A stretch of 64,000 nt of DNA from Psilocybe cubensis (Eukaryota). The notes below the pieces were generated by a model that did not search any database, had not been told where the DNA came from, and saw only the letters and a list, made by a program, of their open reading frames with translations. The first letter of the stretch is position 1. Each line of letters begins with the position of its first letter. The position numbers were made by a program, and so were the translations under genes. Location: NCBI GenBank assembly GCA_017499595.2, contig CM038998.1, positions 4,526,001 to 4,590,000 of the forward strand. Reading direction: 5' to 3'. Shown piece by piece: positions 50,451 through 62,789 of this stretch.

Positions 50451-51151
50451 CAGGCCCGATTACAGTGTTTTTAAGCCTCGATTACAACGTTTTCAGGCAT
50501 ATTTCGAATTTTTGGGTGATCGAAAAAGCAATGTTGCTTTGATTATATTGATTCGGTAATCGGTTTGGGCGGAGAATAAAATATAGAATACATTACATAT
50601 TACATGATGGATGGCAACACAATAGAAATCAACAACAACCCATTTCCGGTTTACCGAGTCGCCAGTAGCATTTCCTTCCGATAGCCCGTGTTTTACCAGA
50701 TTTACTATGTAGTTCTACATATTCGGTACTCCTGCTTAGGATACACCTTATTCCGGTCATCCCAGTTTCGCAGCAGCACAGTATAGTCTCTATAAATTTG
50801 TCAGGTCAAGATGGTTCGTTCAACTTGAACGGTCTGATGCTCAGTGCACAATGATTTGTCAATTATGGAGTGGAACGCTTACTCACTCTCTACAGGTTCA
50901 TGACAGAGCCAAACATACTGGACAGCAATTCGTGTTGGAAAGATACTGGCCATCGGGCAGCAAGGTCTCATAGATTAGTGTTTTGACGGATGTTTGCAGC
51001 TCGGGTGACAGGTGTGTTCTCTCGGCATGGCTTGTGGATTATAACTTCGCGCCTTGATATAGTAATCCCTATATCAGTCATGAAAGTATTGGCGTACTAT
51101 AAAAGTCGCCGCGAATGGTGTTGACTGCAATCAACAAGCCTCATTTTCGCC

Positions 51152-52571
51152 ATGCCTGCAGTATCTACCAACTCCAACTCCAAAGTACTCGTAACTGGAG
51201 CCAACGGCTTCCTTGCCCTATGGATTGTTCGCGTCTTGCTAGAACACGGATTTATCGTCCGTGGAACCGTGCGCACCGCAGACAAGGGTAACAAACTGAA
51301 ACAAATCTTTTCGACCTACGGCGACAAGCTCGAGTGGGTCGTAGTCCCAGATATCATTGTTGTACGTCTCGCTTTACTTCGATCTTCGTCGGGTATGAAT
51401 GGTCTCCTTTTAGGAAGGTGCATTCGATAAAGCACTCGAAGACATTGATGCGGTGGTACATTCAGCATCGCCGGTGGTCGTTGAATCCGAAGATCCTGAT
51501 GGTAAATCATCCGTGTCTTCCTGGCTATATTTATTCATACTCCTGCATAGCTGTGATCAAACCGGCCCTTGGTGGAACAGAAAGCATCTTTAATAGTATC
51601 CTCAAATATGGGTATGTAACACAGCAACCTCAATATATACCCAGATGCTGAATCTCGATTATAGAACAAAGGTCAAACGTGTTGTCCTGACATCTTCCAT
51701 GGGAGCTTTGATTCCGATCATGACTGGCCCTGTTGTTCTCAATGAAAACAGCTGGGGAGATGACATAGTCCAATTGGTCAAACAACTGGGGAAAGCCGCG
51801 CCGCAAATCACTAAATACTGGGCCTCTAAGACGTTAGCAGAGCGAGGTAGGCATTTAAAGCACAAACTTCTTTTTTCATGATTAAAATTCTACTTTTAGC
51901 CGCTTGGGACATCTATGAGAAAAACAAACCGGAAATCGGATGGGAGTTAGTCGTCCTCAATCCTTCTATTGTAAGTCGCGATTACTCCCTGACATGAGTT
52001 TCATATTTATAAAAACGATGCACCACATAGGTTATTGGGGTAAGGCTTACTCGTATTTAACTCGTGTCAATTGCTGATAAACTCGTTCAGAGACCAGTCC
52101 AGGATTTCAGCACCCCAGCCGAGGCACCCCATTCCAATCAAATGTGGTACAACCATATTGTCGACTTGGTAGATGAGGAAGGAGTCAACGGAACATTTGT
52201 CTACGTTGATGTTCGCGACGTTGCCGAAGCTCACATGTTATCGATCACGAAAGAGGCCGCAGGAGGAGAAAGATTTGTGCTCTCAGCAGGTACGTTCGAG
52301 TGGCTTCTGTCCGAGCCGTCATTTTACATCTGTTCTTCAAGGCTCCTCTGGCTATCAAAAGATGCGCGATACAGTTTTTGCTCTGAAACCAGAATACTAC
52401 ACTTCCGGACTTCTTCCAAGGGGCAACCCAGACGTCCAAGGTGAACCTCTCATCACCACGAATACAACCAAAGCAGAAGATATTCTTGGAATCAAGTATA
52501 AGACTTTGGAAGAGACAATCGAGAACACTTTGGCTGGCTACGAGGTGAATGGATTGGTAGGAAAGAAATAG
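51152..52571 (+). CDS. Gre2-like NAD(P)-dependent reductase/epimerase, multi-exon
   Basis: VLVTGANGFLA, HSASP, VVLTSS, YWASKTLAER, YVDVRDVAEAH, AGGERF. Confidence 0.9.
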
Positions 52572-52673
52572 ATGAATGTCATTGATGTAATTTGTCGAAC
52601 TCGACTGCATATTAGGATGCCTCAGTACTCCCTATGGATAGTGTCCCCAACGATTAGAAAAAATGTCATGAGA

Positions 52674-53579
52674 TTATTTTTGTAGAGAGTCAGTCGCCTG
52701 ATTGAGTGTGGCTGTAAGACGCATTGTCTCTGCCATCATGTTCCTCGCAGAAATATCGCAATTACCACCATCCTCGCATATGGGTTGGGCATAATCAACG
52801 ACCTTGGGCTCCTTCAGCTGGAAGTAGAGTGCTGGCGAGTGAATGAAGCTGATAGCCGGAGCTTGACAGTTCCAACAAAGCCAATCCCTCTGTTTCAGTA
52901 TCGCGTTATGGTATTTGGATACCAATTTGACGGCATAGAGTCTCGAAGGGATCTCAGGAGGATTTTTCGAGCACAGAGCTTCTGGTATATCATCGAAAAA
53001 GAGGATTCCGTGTGCATTGTTAAAAACTTTGACCTCATACCGCAGTAGCCGCCCAGGAACGGCATCTGAACGTTCCGTTGCTGGGAAGCATCGACCTTGG
53101 TCACGATCCATGATGGCATGCAGGATTTTGGAGCGTAGCTCCCTCTCAGCGGCAGTGGGCTTGCCTCCAATTACCTCGCGATACTCGTCCATCTTTTTGA
53201 TGGCTTCTCCAAAACGTTTCAACTCGAATAAACAAAGAGCGAATCGAAAGTGCGCCTTTTGATCGACGTCGGGAGCTTCAGCAGGACATTGCCGACCTTC
53301 AACGCTATTTGGAAGCACCCACTGGAGGTCCTTGAGCCCCTCTTGATAAAGTCCTGAAACAGTATAAATAAATGTGACAGATATGGCGATGCAGGAGGGG
53401 GGCACACCAAGTTCTATGCAACATGCAGCACGATTACAGTGAATAACCCTAAGAAATGACGGTGGCGCGTCTCGAAAATGATCTATGATGTGCGTGTACA
53501 GCGAAAAGGAGCTCGAGAAGTTTCTTTGAATATAGAGCAGGTTTGCTTTTTGTTTCAAGTTGAGTGCCGACTCTGTCAA
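52674..53579 (-). CDS. TPR-repeat protein with a Cys/His C-terminal motif (5' end uncertain)
   Basis: LKQKANLLY...YT, IHCNRAACCIELG, KAHFRFALCLFELKRFGEA; C-terminal CWNC...H...PIC....C. Confidence 0.7.
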   Translation of the reverse strand: MTESALNLKQKANLLYIQRNFSSSFSLYTHIIDHFRDAPPSFLRVIHCNRAACCIELGVPPSCIAISVTFIYTVSGLYQEGLKDLQWVLPNSVEGRQCPAEAPDVDQKAHFRFALCLFELKRFGEAIKKMDEYREVIGGKPTAAERELRSKILHAIMDRDQGRCFPATERSDAVPGRLLRYEVKVFNNAHGILFFDDIPEALCSKNPPEIPSRLYAVKLVSKYHNAILKQRDWLCWNCQAPAISFIHSPALYFQLKEPKVVDYAQPICEDGGNCDISARNMMAETMRLTATLNQATDSLQK

Positions 53580-53999
53580 TCTCCAACAAGAACAAAGCCA
53601 AATTGTGAAAATGATCGAGGAATCGAGTTAAGCGGACGCATGATGAAATAATAGGTTAATTGCTGACCAGGCACTGATGGTGGTTTTTCCGACATACGCT
53701 TCTGTGAGTGAAGGATAGTGTGATTGAGAAAGGAGAGCAGTGCGTCGAACAGCTCCAATTTGTTGAAACAGGAGGAAGGTCTCAGATTGCGATAGAGGCC
53801 CGCAGGCTCATGACGCAAGGTGTCAGAAAAGGCTTGCTTTGGAAAAGATATAACGTTTGAACGACACTCAAGCTGATAAAAAAATATCTTTCAAACTAAT
53901 AAATTAGGTTCTGAGATGAAGAATGAAGCTGAAGTAGCGCGCTCATACTACGAAAGCTCTATATACTGGGATATACTACAAGCCGCCTATTCTAATTTG

Positions 54000-55550
54000 T
54001 CAGTGTGAACCCATATTGATGGATACACCGTCATCCGAATCGGTCGATTCGCTGCCAGTACTTCCTGAGATATCGAATCCAGCGTTTAGGAGTCGTAGAT
54101 ATGTTATTGAGTTTGTTGAAATGGGATGACTGGAACAAAACCGAAGCGAAATACGATCTAGCGCAGCGCCCAAGGAAGCGCGTTGGGTGACAACATCAAG
54201 CACTACTTCTGCATTCACATCCTGGAAAACAAGCTCTCGAAGATTGGGTAAAGAATGCTGCGAGTTATTTTCGCAAGGATCACCCAAAGCGGTGATTGTT
54301 TCATCGGATACGTTGTATAACCCCAGATGTGTCAATGATGATAATTGTCGGAAGACAGGAACTAATTCTTCTCTGCCAATGGATATACCGCGTAATTCCA
54401 ATGACTTGAGTGAGGGCAAAGGAAGATAGGTCGGGATGTAATGTTTTCTGTCTGAATGGCTAGAAATGCTACGACTTAGCCATCTAAACAGGGAGGTTGC
54501 GTCTGGTGTTTCGCTGGGACTGACTGCTCTCGTCACATCTTCCAGGATAAGATGTTTGAGAAGAGGAACGTCCAGGAAAGATAGAAATTGCGTTGTGTAG
54601 TCCGCGTCCAGTAATCCCAGTGATAACGTCTGGAGATTTTGTATCCGAACACGGGTTTCGATACTTGGAGGGGATGAATCAGGAAGTGTGGGACCCCACC
54701 CATAGATCACAAGATGGGAAAGATGCGGGCAATTGTTGACAATGGCGTTAAATTGAGACAATGATGGCATGACACTGCTAGCCTGGAATTTCAACTCAAG
54801 CTTGCGCAGATTTCGAGGGGTTGGTTGGTTCCAATCAATGTGGACACCTACCAAGGTGACGCTTCTTAAACTCTCGAAAGCGATACCCCCAAAAAGCTTC
54901 ATCGGTTCGGCGAGGGAAGACGGCTCGAAGGTTTGGCCCCGTGCTGCATAGTATGCGTTGCAACGAGTAAGTGAGAGTGTTTCAAGCATGGGTGCAGATT
55001 CTACCGCCCGAGTATACCACAAGAAGGTGAAAATGGGCGCCCAGGTATCTGTTAATAATTCGACAAGCCTCCACCTTTTGACATGGGGTAGGATAAGTCG
55101 GACAATTGTTTCCATTTCTTGCCAACGAATGACATGGTTATCTTCGTTCCAGTCCCACTCTGGGTCACGGAGGTCAAAAATTAGGTCGATTGGATAAGGA
55201 TTTGACCTTGTGAGCCAAGTGGCGACGTAAGAGAGGCTCCGAGGGTGTACTGGATGCACAAGGGTAATGCGCGACCACAAGAAACCATTGGCTAATGCAA
55301 CACTCCTCCATAGCGAACATACATGAGTGATACGGGAGAAGAGCATGGTGTTGATAGTAGCATCGTCGATGGAGGCGCGAAAAATGTAGGCTAGAAGTTC
55401 GTGAGGAAGCTGGTTGATATGCATGGACTGAACCGGCGTCGCAGAGCTATTTGAAGGGCAGGAATTTGCCTGAGGTTGGTTAAGGAATGCTCCAATAATC
55501 CGACGGGTGTAGAGGAGAAGGAAATCCCTGACAAGCAACAATATCTTCAT
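54000..55550 (-). CDS. Intronless F-box-like / LRR-like protein, 516 aa
   Basis: INQLPHELLAYIF...ITHVCSLWRSVALANGFLWSRI, WLTRSNPYPID, repeated LxxLxL. Confidence 0.85.
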   Translation of the reverse strand: MKILLLVRDFLLLYTRRIIGAFLNQPQANSCPSNSSATPVQSMHINQLPHELLAYIFRASIDDATINTMLFSRITHVCSLWRSVALANGFLWSRITLVHPVHPRSLSYVATWLTRSNPYPIDLIFDLRDPEWDWNEDNHVIRWQEMETIVRLILPHVKRWRLVELLTDTWAPIFTFLWYTRAVESAPMLETLSLTRCNAYYAARGQTFEPSSLAEPMKLFGGIAFESLRSVTLVGVHIDWNQPTPRNLRKLELKFQASSVMPSLSQFNAIVNNCPHLSHLVIYGWGPTLPDSSPPSIETRVRIQNLQTLSLGLLDADYTTQFLSFLDVPLLKHLILEDVTRAVSPSETPDATSLFRWLSRSISSHSDRKHYIPTYLPLPSLKSLELRGISIGREELVPVFRQLSSLTHLGLYNVSDETITALGDPCENNSQHSLPNLRELVFQDVNAEVVLDVVTQRASLGAALDRISLRFCSSHPISTNSITYLRLLNAGFDISGSTGSESTDSDDGVSINMGSH

Positions 55551-57313
55551 TTGAAGGAGCTTTAAGTATCAGGTTGACGGCATCGACATGAATGTCGGCG
55601 TCTACAGGTCAGGATTTCAGCTATGTGCATTGATGAAGGTATCGTAATACATACAACTTCGTGAGACTGATGTCCTTTCAGAAGTCAGAATGTCAATTCG
55701 AAACGAGAAAGGCAATCTCGGTGTATAGCACACCTTATATATCCATGCTGTGTGGTGTGTTATGGACTTATTTTGTATGAGCATCACGTACCTCTGGCGT
55801 AAGCATGTCTTTCCAAGCATCCCGCTATGCATAGTACCACTGTGTTTCGGGGACATTGCTTTGTTCCTGATTAGATGATCGAAGAAAGTAATTATGCTCT
55901 GAACTTTACTGTGATTTTTTGCGGTGCAAATACATATTTCTCCTGGCTTCGAGCAGAGATAGTGACATAGCAACATGGTTTCGAGCACCGGACTCAGAGA
56001 CAAATTGAGGTACTTTGTTCCGAATATGGGTCGCAGCCTTCGCAGAAATGCCCACAGACTAGCCAGGTGTTCAGCCTCAAGGCATTATCCACGGTGGTCA
56101 AGGCCAAATCTGATAAACTGGACACAGAGTACCTAAAGTAGCGGTCAGGAAATTATAACTGTCGGCAACACATGCATGGTTGTCCACTCAGACAGGGAAT
56201 AACGCTCACAGGGGTATCTGGCCCAAGTATCGGAATGTGAAAATGATGGTTGGGGCTTGTAGTAGACTCTCTTTGACTCTTTTTTCATGTATGATCGAGG
56301 ATAAGACTGGAGAAGATCGGCAGATTTGATCTACCTCTTACACCTCGTCACTTGAGTTCTGCTAGTCGAAGGCACAGTTAGTCCATTTTCTGGCCCGGTT
56401 TTTCCGGTTAACAAGCGAGTGCTAGTACATCAAATAACGCGATACCTGAGATCTGAGAAACATAGCATTGCAAAGCATAGTGTTATCTTGACCTGACGGT
56501 ATGAAGGTAGGTGCCACGCAAGCCTGATATGAGGCTTCCACCGAGTAGCGAGTCAAGCTAATCAAACAGCGTAGGTCTCAAAAATTCAGGGCAATCTGTT
56601 CAAATTATTGAGGTGATTCGGTGTATCATCGCTTAGAGCTTTTCGCCTACCTCAATGTCCAAGAATCAAGTAGCTTAGTTCAAGGTTGGGCTTGGATTTC
56701 CCCTGATCGTTTATGTCACGTGACGAAAGCTTCGGCGTCAAATTTTCATTCGGAGCCTGAATAAAGCCGAAAGCTATGCGGACGGCAACGATGGTTCTAG
56801 TACAAAGTAGTCGCACCGCTACTTTTGTGGGTTTCGACGGGGTTTTCTAGGATCTTGACAATATATGTATACATAAAAATTCTGTTAGGTTCTCAGTAAG
56901 GAGTGTAATAAAGCTCAAGTTAATCATAGTTATCTCTACTAGCCCGTATACCTCAATGGTAGTCCTATGATCGTCGAATTAGAACTATTTTTGAGCATTG
57001 AAGGCGCACCAAAGCTTGATTGACCGCAACAAGTGTACATTGAACAGCTGTACGATACAGTGAAATTGAGAGTCATTTTCATTATAGAAATTGAAGAGTC
57101 GACCTCACAGCTATAACGTAAAAGTCCATCAAGCTGCCAAACCTCGTTAAGTTTGTGCCTTTTAAATTATATTTCGGTCCCTGCCAAGGACTTTACTAGA
57201 TGTAAAGGGTAGACAGCGGCACGGTCCAAAGTTGAATAGCATTTAAAGAGGATGTGTGACTTCAAACAGAGGCCCCCTTCTCATCCCTCCTATCCGTTTT
57301 ACGTTGCAGAACT

Positions 57314-58652
57314 ATGGTAAAGCTTCAATGCAGTCTTTCCGCTCAAGACTGTCCCAAACTGTTCGGCCCCAGTGCGACTCTACACAAGCTTCCATACACC
57401 TCGGGAAGCTGCGTGAGAGATCCTAGGTTGCTGGGAAGCGTAGGAAGATGTGGGTTTCCTGGGGCCTCATGCGTGGTAGATTCTCTAGGAAACGATAATT
57501 GTGCATATGGTGGAGACAGTACCGGTGCGCATGTTTTTGGTGCCTTATAGAAACAACAGTTAACCATTCTCAAGTTCCACATTATACGCCATTATGCCAG
57601 AATGGGATTTGCGGAGGGTGATGTCGTCTCGCTTATTTACTCTGCGTTAACTGAACCAGGGAAATTTGAAGTGGATTGGGGGCAGTGTGTATTAATGGAA
57701 ATTACGATTGCAATTGTGAGCATCATTATTCTCTCACATATCACCTTTGTAGAAACCTTAACTTCAAGGGGGATATTACTGCAATACCACATACCCGGAT
57801 CCTGGTGTATGTGGTGGTAAGGGATCCTTTGTCACATCCCAAGGAGACACGGATATCGATTTCGCTTTCGTTTATTGCTTAAGCGGTTAGTATTACGAAT
57901 TCCATATACACAACTAACCTAGACTAATCAGAGACGTATGCATTTTTGTAGGTAAAGCAACCCAATCATCGACAGGAGACTGGTTTTGCAATGGTGAAGA
58001 AACAGATGTAATTGTTACACCCACGACTTCCACAACCGCGTCGAGAACTTCATCTTCCACAAGTTTCTCAACAAGTAGCAGCGTCTCCCCTGGACCGTCC
58101 CCTATTCACAACGAAGGAAATAAAACTCCTGTAGGCCTGATTGCGGGGGTCTCAGCGAGTATGGGCGCAATTCTTCTTCTCCTCGTAGGCTTCTTCATTT
58201 GGTGGAGATCAAAACAGAAACGACAGCAACTTGGTGCCATAAAGACTATTCATATTTCGAATCCTTTACCACCACCAAGTCCAAATAGTACTGGAATGTT
58301 TGAAGATAAGCAGCTCCCTGGAGGGTCGCAGCCTGCCCATGCCGCTTCTACATTTACTTATCTTCCTGAAGTCCAACATGATCCTGATGCCGCCAGGAAC
58401 ATAAACTCACCTTCTGCAGCATTGCGTGTTACGCCTACTACGCCAACATTCCCATACAACTCTTCAAAAGGATCTTCTAATGCAATCCAGTACCCTTCCG
58501 CTCACGAATCCCCGGTTCCTTCCAGTCTTGGTGTTCCAACTTCGACGCATTATTCTTCGAGCACATCCGACGCTGTAGACCGTTATCTCCTCGAAGCAAG
58601 GTTAGCAGCCGACAGAGAGCTCTCCAAAATGCGACAGGACGGACGCTGCTAG
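57314..58652 (+). CDS. Putative single-pass membrane protein: Cys-rich exons, Ser/Thr stalk, TM helix, Pro/Ser tail (exon structure unresolved)
   Basis: Cys-Gly fragments (CGFPGASC, CQNGICGG, YCNTTYPDPGVCGG), TTSTTASRTSSSTS stalk, VGLIAGVSASMGAILLLLVGFFIWW followed by RSKQKR. Confidence 0.55.
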
Positions 58653-60638
58653 ATAACACCGCTGACTTTTACACTACTACTATGGATTACTGTATGTTGA
58701 CAATGAATTATGATGATGACCTGTGCGTTCCTTTATCTTCAATTGCGCGGTACTGAAGCTATTCTTCGGATGTCATACTACGTTAAATAATATGCCCCCA
58801 ACATCAACATATCTTCGCTCTCCCATCGCTGTATGGCACATAAAATTACCAGTAAGTCTATGTCGAACGTGGTATTCTTGCGATGAGGTTATAAAAATGA
58901 ACTCAAAAGTCACGTTTAAAGTCTGGAGTACCAAGGCTGGGCGCTGGAGCCTCGACGAATGCGGTGACAGTTGCCATCACTCCGCTTTGACATTAGCGGA
59001 TCACTACAGGCCCGGTCTAGACTCAGACTATTCTCCTTACGATGCACCTCGACTCTTGACTTGGTGAAATCTCGTTAATTATACATGAGTAGCCTGAGCG
59101 CGCCCTTAGTCTTGTTCAAAAGTGTCTTGATGCTAAAGGCGGGCGCCAGTTTAGAAAGACACGAAGATACCTCTCTTTACAAGAGTAGAATCGCTCAGCT
59201 GTCTGTCCCATAGTATTCATGGTTTTGTGAAGAGCTGCCAAAAACGCGAGCGTCAAATTTAACGAACCCCAAATACGAAAGTCATGATTGCCACTAGAAG
59301 CTCAAAAAATGCCCACCCATCTATAATCCGATTCAGAGCATATCAGGTTCTTGCATTCCTGTACTGGTAATCAACGGCATGCATCAATCAAGCAAACCAT
59401 GGCAGTTCTGCAAGGTCTGGCACCGCAAACAGAAGACTTGTCAGCGTGTATATTTTGGCTTTGCGAGAGAAGAATCTGAACACGGTGAATGCACACAGCA
59501 CAGCACGTTTCGGCGAACTCCACCCTGTCCCTATCGCGGCTGGTAGCCATGTGCGCAGGGAAGGGCTATGAATAGCAGCACGACTAGGATTAATCCTGGA
59601 CTAATCCGTTGTTTAAATAACGATTACACACCTGGACCAGATCGAGGCGTCGCTGGGTTGAAAACGGGGTGAAACCGTAATTAACGACGACATCCCGGAG
59701 AAAGTGAACGTTCGAGTGATTTGGCCAATCGATATGAGCGAGCGTCAATGTCTGTTTCGCCAATTAAAACCCCACAATTGAATTAAAGCATAGCGCCGCG
59801 CAGCTATGAAGAACGTGGTCGATGATCGATACAATGCCCATTGCCCATTACCCTGGAGGGTTCGCAACGAGCACCACGGAGGAGAGAAGAGACGACCCAT
59901 GCCACGAGGATACCTAGTTCAGACCTGACAGACAGTCTGCAATCTCTATTGAAGTACCCTTGATGTGATGAGATTGGGATAACATTTCATTGTAGTTGGA
60001 CGCACGAGAGCCATAAGGCTTGTCAACATAGTTTATTGCCACTTCGGTTCTAGGATTCAGGAGTGCTGGCCTTTTATCACAGACGAACCTCCCTTTGGGA
60101 ATATGAATCTGTCGCGGAGGAAAAGAAAACATTCCGACTTCCGTAAGTGAGCTCTTAACGCCTGTCTTGGCGTCATTTCTTCTGCTGAGATGAGCTCTTG
60201 GTCTTGGACGATGGGCCTGATAACTCCGAACGGAACTTTGATGAATTGATAAAAGGCCTTTTTCCGAAACTGCTTTTCGAGTAGGATTGTTGCTTACCAC
60301 CTGCTGAAGCAAGAGTTGAGAGGATGAGATTAGTAGCGATAACATTTCATCGATCCAGGCGGTTATGATCGCGAGTGGCGGCAAGAGTCGAGATCTGTAT
60401 GTTCCAGACGACGGAAGACGGAGGGCGATGCCCCGTTTAGAATGGGCCTTTTGGTATCAACACGTGCTTGCGGTGCCCATTTGTTTTAGGTCGTGTGCGC
60501 CTTGCGACCGACTTTCTTTCTTTAGCACCCACCACAACCTATATAACCGCCCATTTCTCCTAGCGAAGCCTAGTCTACAGCGATATCCATATATCCATAC
60601 CTTTGCTGTCTTACATTTTCAGTCCAATTCAATCTACA

Positions 60639-61388
60639 ATGACCTCAAATTACCGTCTCGGCCCAGGGTCATCTAGTCCCCAAACAACCACCTGCCCCAC
60701 AGCTTCGACGTCGACAGCGGCGGCGTCAGACCACCCAGACGACCTCCAACATTCACAGCGCAAACTACAAGCGCTATTTATTGAAGACATTCCACGGCCT
60801 CTGACCGCTGTGTGTGCGCGCCCCATCCCCAACTCGTACTGGGCCACCCCCCTTCTCCTCGCATGCGAATACCCATGGACGCCTAAAAACCCAAACAAAC
60901 CCAAGCTCGACGCGCTACTGCGCGCTGGCGTGCGCACATTTATCGATCTCACCGAGTGCGGCGAGCTGCTACCATACTCGTCTATCTTGTCACAGCGCAG
61001 CGCGCTCCTGGGAATCGACCCCGCCACTATCGAGTACCACCGTTTCGCAATCCGCGACCGATGCCTTCCTGAAAGCATTAACCACATGTACCGCGTGTTA
61101 GATACGCTCCGGGACAACCAGGAGCGCGGTAGAATCAGCGCGGTGCATTGTCGGGGAGGGATCGGCCGCACGGGCATGGTGATTGGGTGCTGGCTCGTAG
61201 AAAGTGGTATAGCGAGGGATGGCAAAGAGGCGCTAGCCATTATTGCGAGGGAATGGAAGACTGTGGAGAAATGCAAACGCTACCCCCACAGCCCAGAAAC
61301 GGGGGCGCAATTCGACTTTGTTGCAAAGTTCCATCCATCACCGAAACAACTACACGCTACATTGGAGCTCGAGAGCGAGGATGCATGA
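60639..61388 (+). CDS. Cys-based protein tyrosine/dual-specificity phosphatase, intronless
   Basis: P-loop VHCRGGIGRTG (CX5R), GVRTFIDLTE, FAIRD acid loop, SPETGAQFDFV. Confidence 0.9.
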   Translation: MTSNYRLGPGSSSPQTTTCPTASTSTAAASDHPDDLQHSQRKLQALFIEDIPRPLTAVCARPIPNSYWATPLLLACEYPWTPKNPNKPKLDALLRAGVRTFIDLTECGELLPYSSILSQRSALLGIDPATIEYHRFAIRDRCLPESINHMYRVLDTLRDNQERGRISAVHCRGGIGRTGMVIGCWLVESGIARDGKEALAIIAREWKTVEKCKRYPHSPETGAQFDFVAKFHPSPKQLHATLELESEDA

Positions 61389-62789
61389 TCCGTGATCCTG
61401 GTGTGTATGTACTGTATTTGTTCCGCCCGCACTTAGACTGACTGACTCATTGTGCAGTCATGTTTTCTCTGCATTGCTATCCATCATCACTGCCCATACC
61501 AAGCTAAAGTTCTCTGGCAGACTTTACCCTTACCTTACCCACACCTTTTGCTTGTCATGGACTTTTTCTCGTCTTGTTTTCATTGCTTTCTCGGTTTCTT
61601 ACAGGCTCTGCGGATCGCGACATACCTGCATGGACGCGCTTTCCTCATCTTTCTTAGATTTACATCATCGGATTGGGTTGACGACATTTTACTGCATTGT
61701 ATACTACTTACCCACATATCTATGGTTCCTGCTTGTTTTTTTTTCTTGCACCTTATTATGAGATTTTATGACATCAATTTGCATCATTATGTGGGGAGGA
61801 GTACGAGTTTGACGAGATCATTTTCATGCATCCATAGTACTTTTGGGTCATTTATTTTTGGCAGCACCTGTCTATAAACTGGTAAAAATAGCCTTTTCAG
61901 TGCCAGCCGTAATTGATGATGATGCCATCGAGGTTCCTTCGCGTTTTTGGATGATTTGGCATTCGGAATGCCTTCGGTAAGAGCGGTAAGGTATCTATGT
62001 CCAGGAAAACGGAGTTCAGATATGTTGTTACTTAGGAATCACTCAGAGACGAGTACCGATTTTTAGACTGCACGACATATGTGGGTCGGGCGTCATGTAT
62101 CCCTGTACTTGGGGCCGAGGGAACGACGTGAGGGTTGGAGCAACAGTTTTGACGTGAGTGAAGTATGCCTATACTTTTGTCAAGAAAAAAAAAATACGAA
62201 CACCGATCTCTCCGACCTCTTGATGAACCATATGTTTTGCATTCTGAAAATACACTCAGGAAATTTCATTGCATTGGGGTGAAGAGACTCGACTGTTTCG
62301 TTATTGTATCAAAATTCAGTATGGACCAGGTTGGGTCCTCTGCACCTGATGTCAGAGGCAATTGAAAAGCGGTGAAAACAACAAAGTTGCAAACGTCCGT
62401 GGCAACGGAACCGCCGTTAGCAACGGAGTCAAACTCAAGGCACCATGCTGGCCTTCGCTAAAGAAATGAAGCTTGAAGCAAAGGCCCTTTCATTGACTCC
62501 TGGAATAGTGTCATTTTGCTGATATCTCCCATGAAATCGAAATATGAACACGGAATGAAATGAGGTGGTGGAAAGGTAAATTTTTATTGACACGCTTGAT
62601 GCTGAAAGTGGGCCGTATAGAAAGCAACAAGAAAGCTATTTTGCAAGTCGTCAAGGCCACTGACGAAGATAAATCTACTCAACAGCTTTGTTCCAGTCCA
62701 TTGGAGAGTAAAAATTCGTCTGGTCCAGGAGTAATTGTATTGGGTCGAGAATGCCGTCCGTGGTGAAGCAAGAGTTGAGGAATCCTAGC

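Noticed and set aside
58700-60600. ORFs 58723-59067, 59914-60384 and 60365-60676
   Set aside because: Non-ATG starts or no motifs; treated as intergenic.
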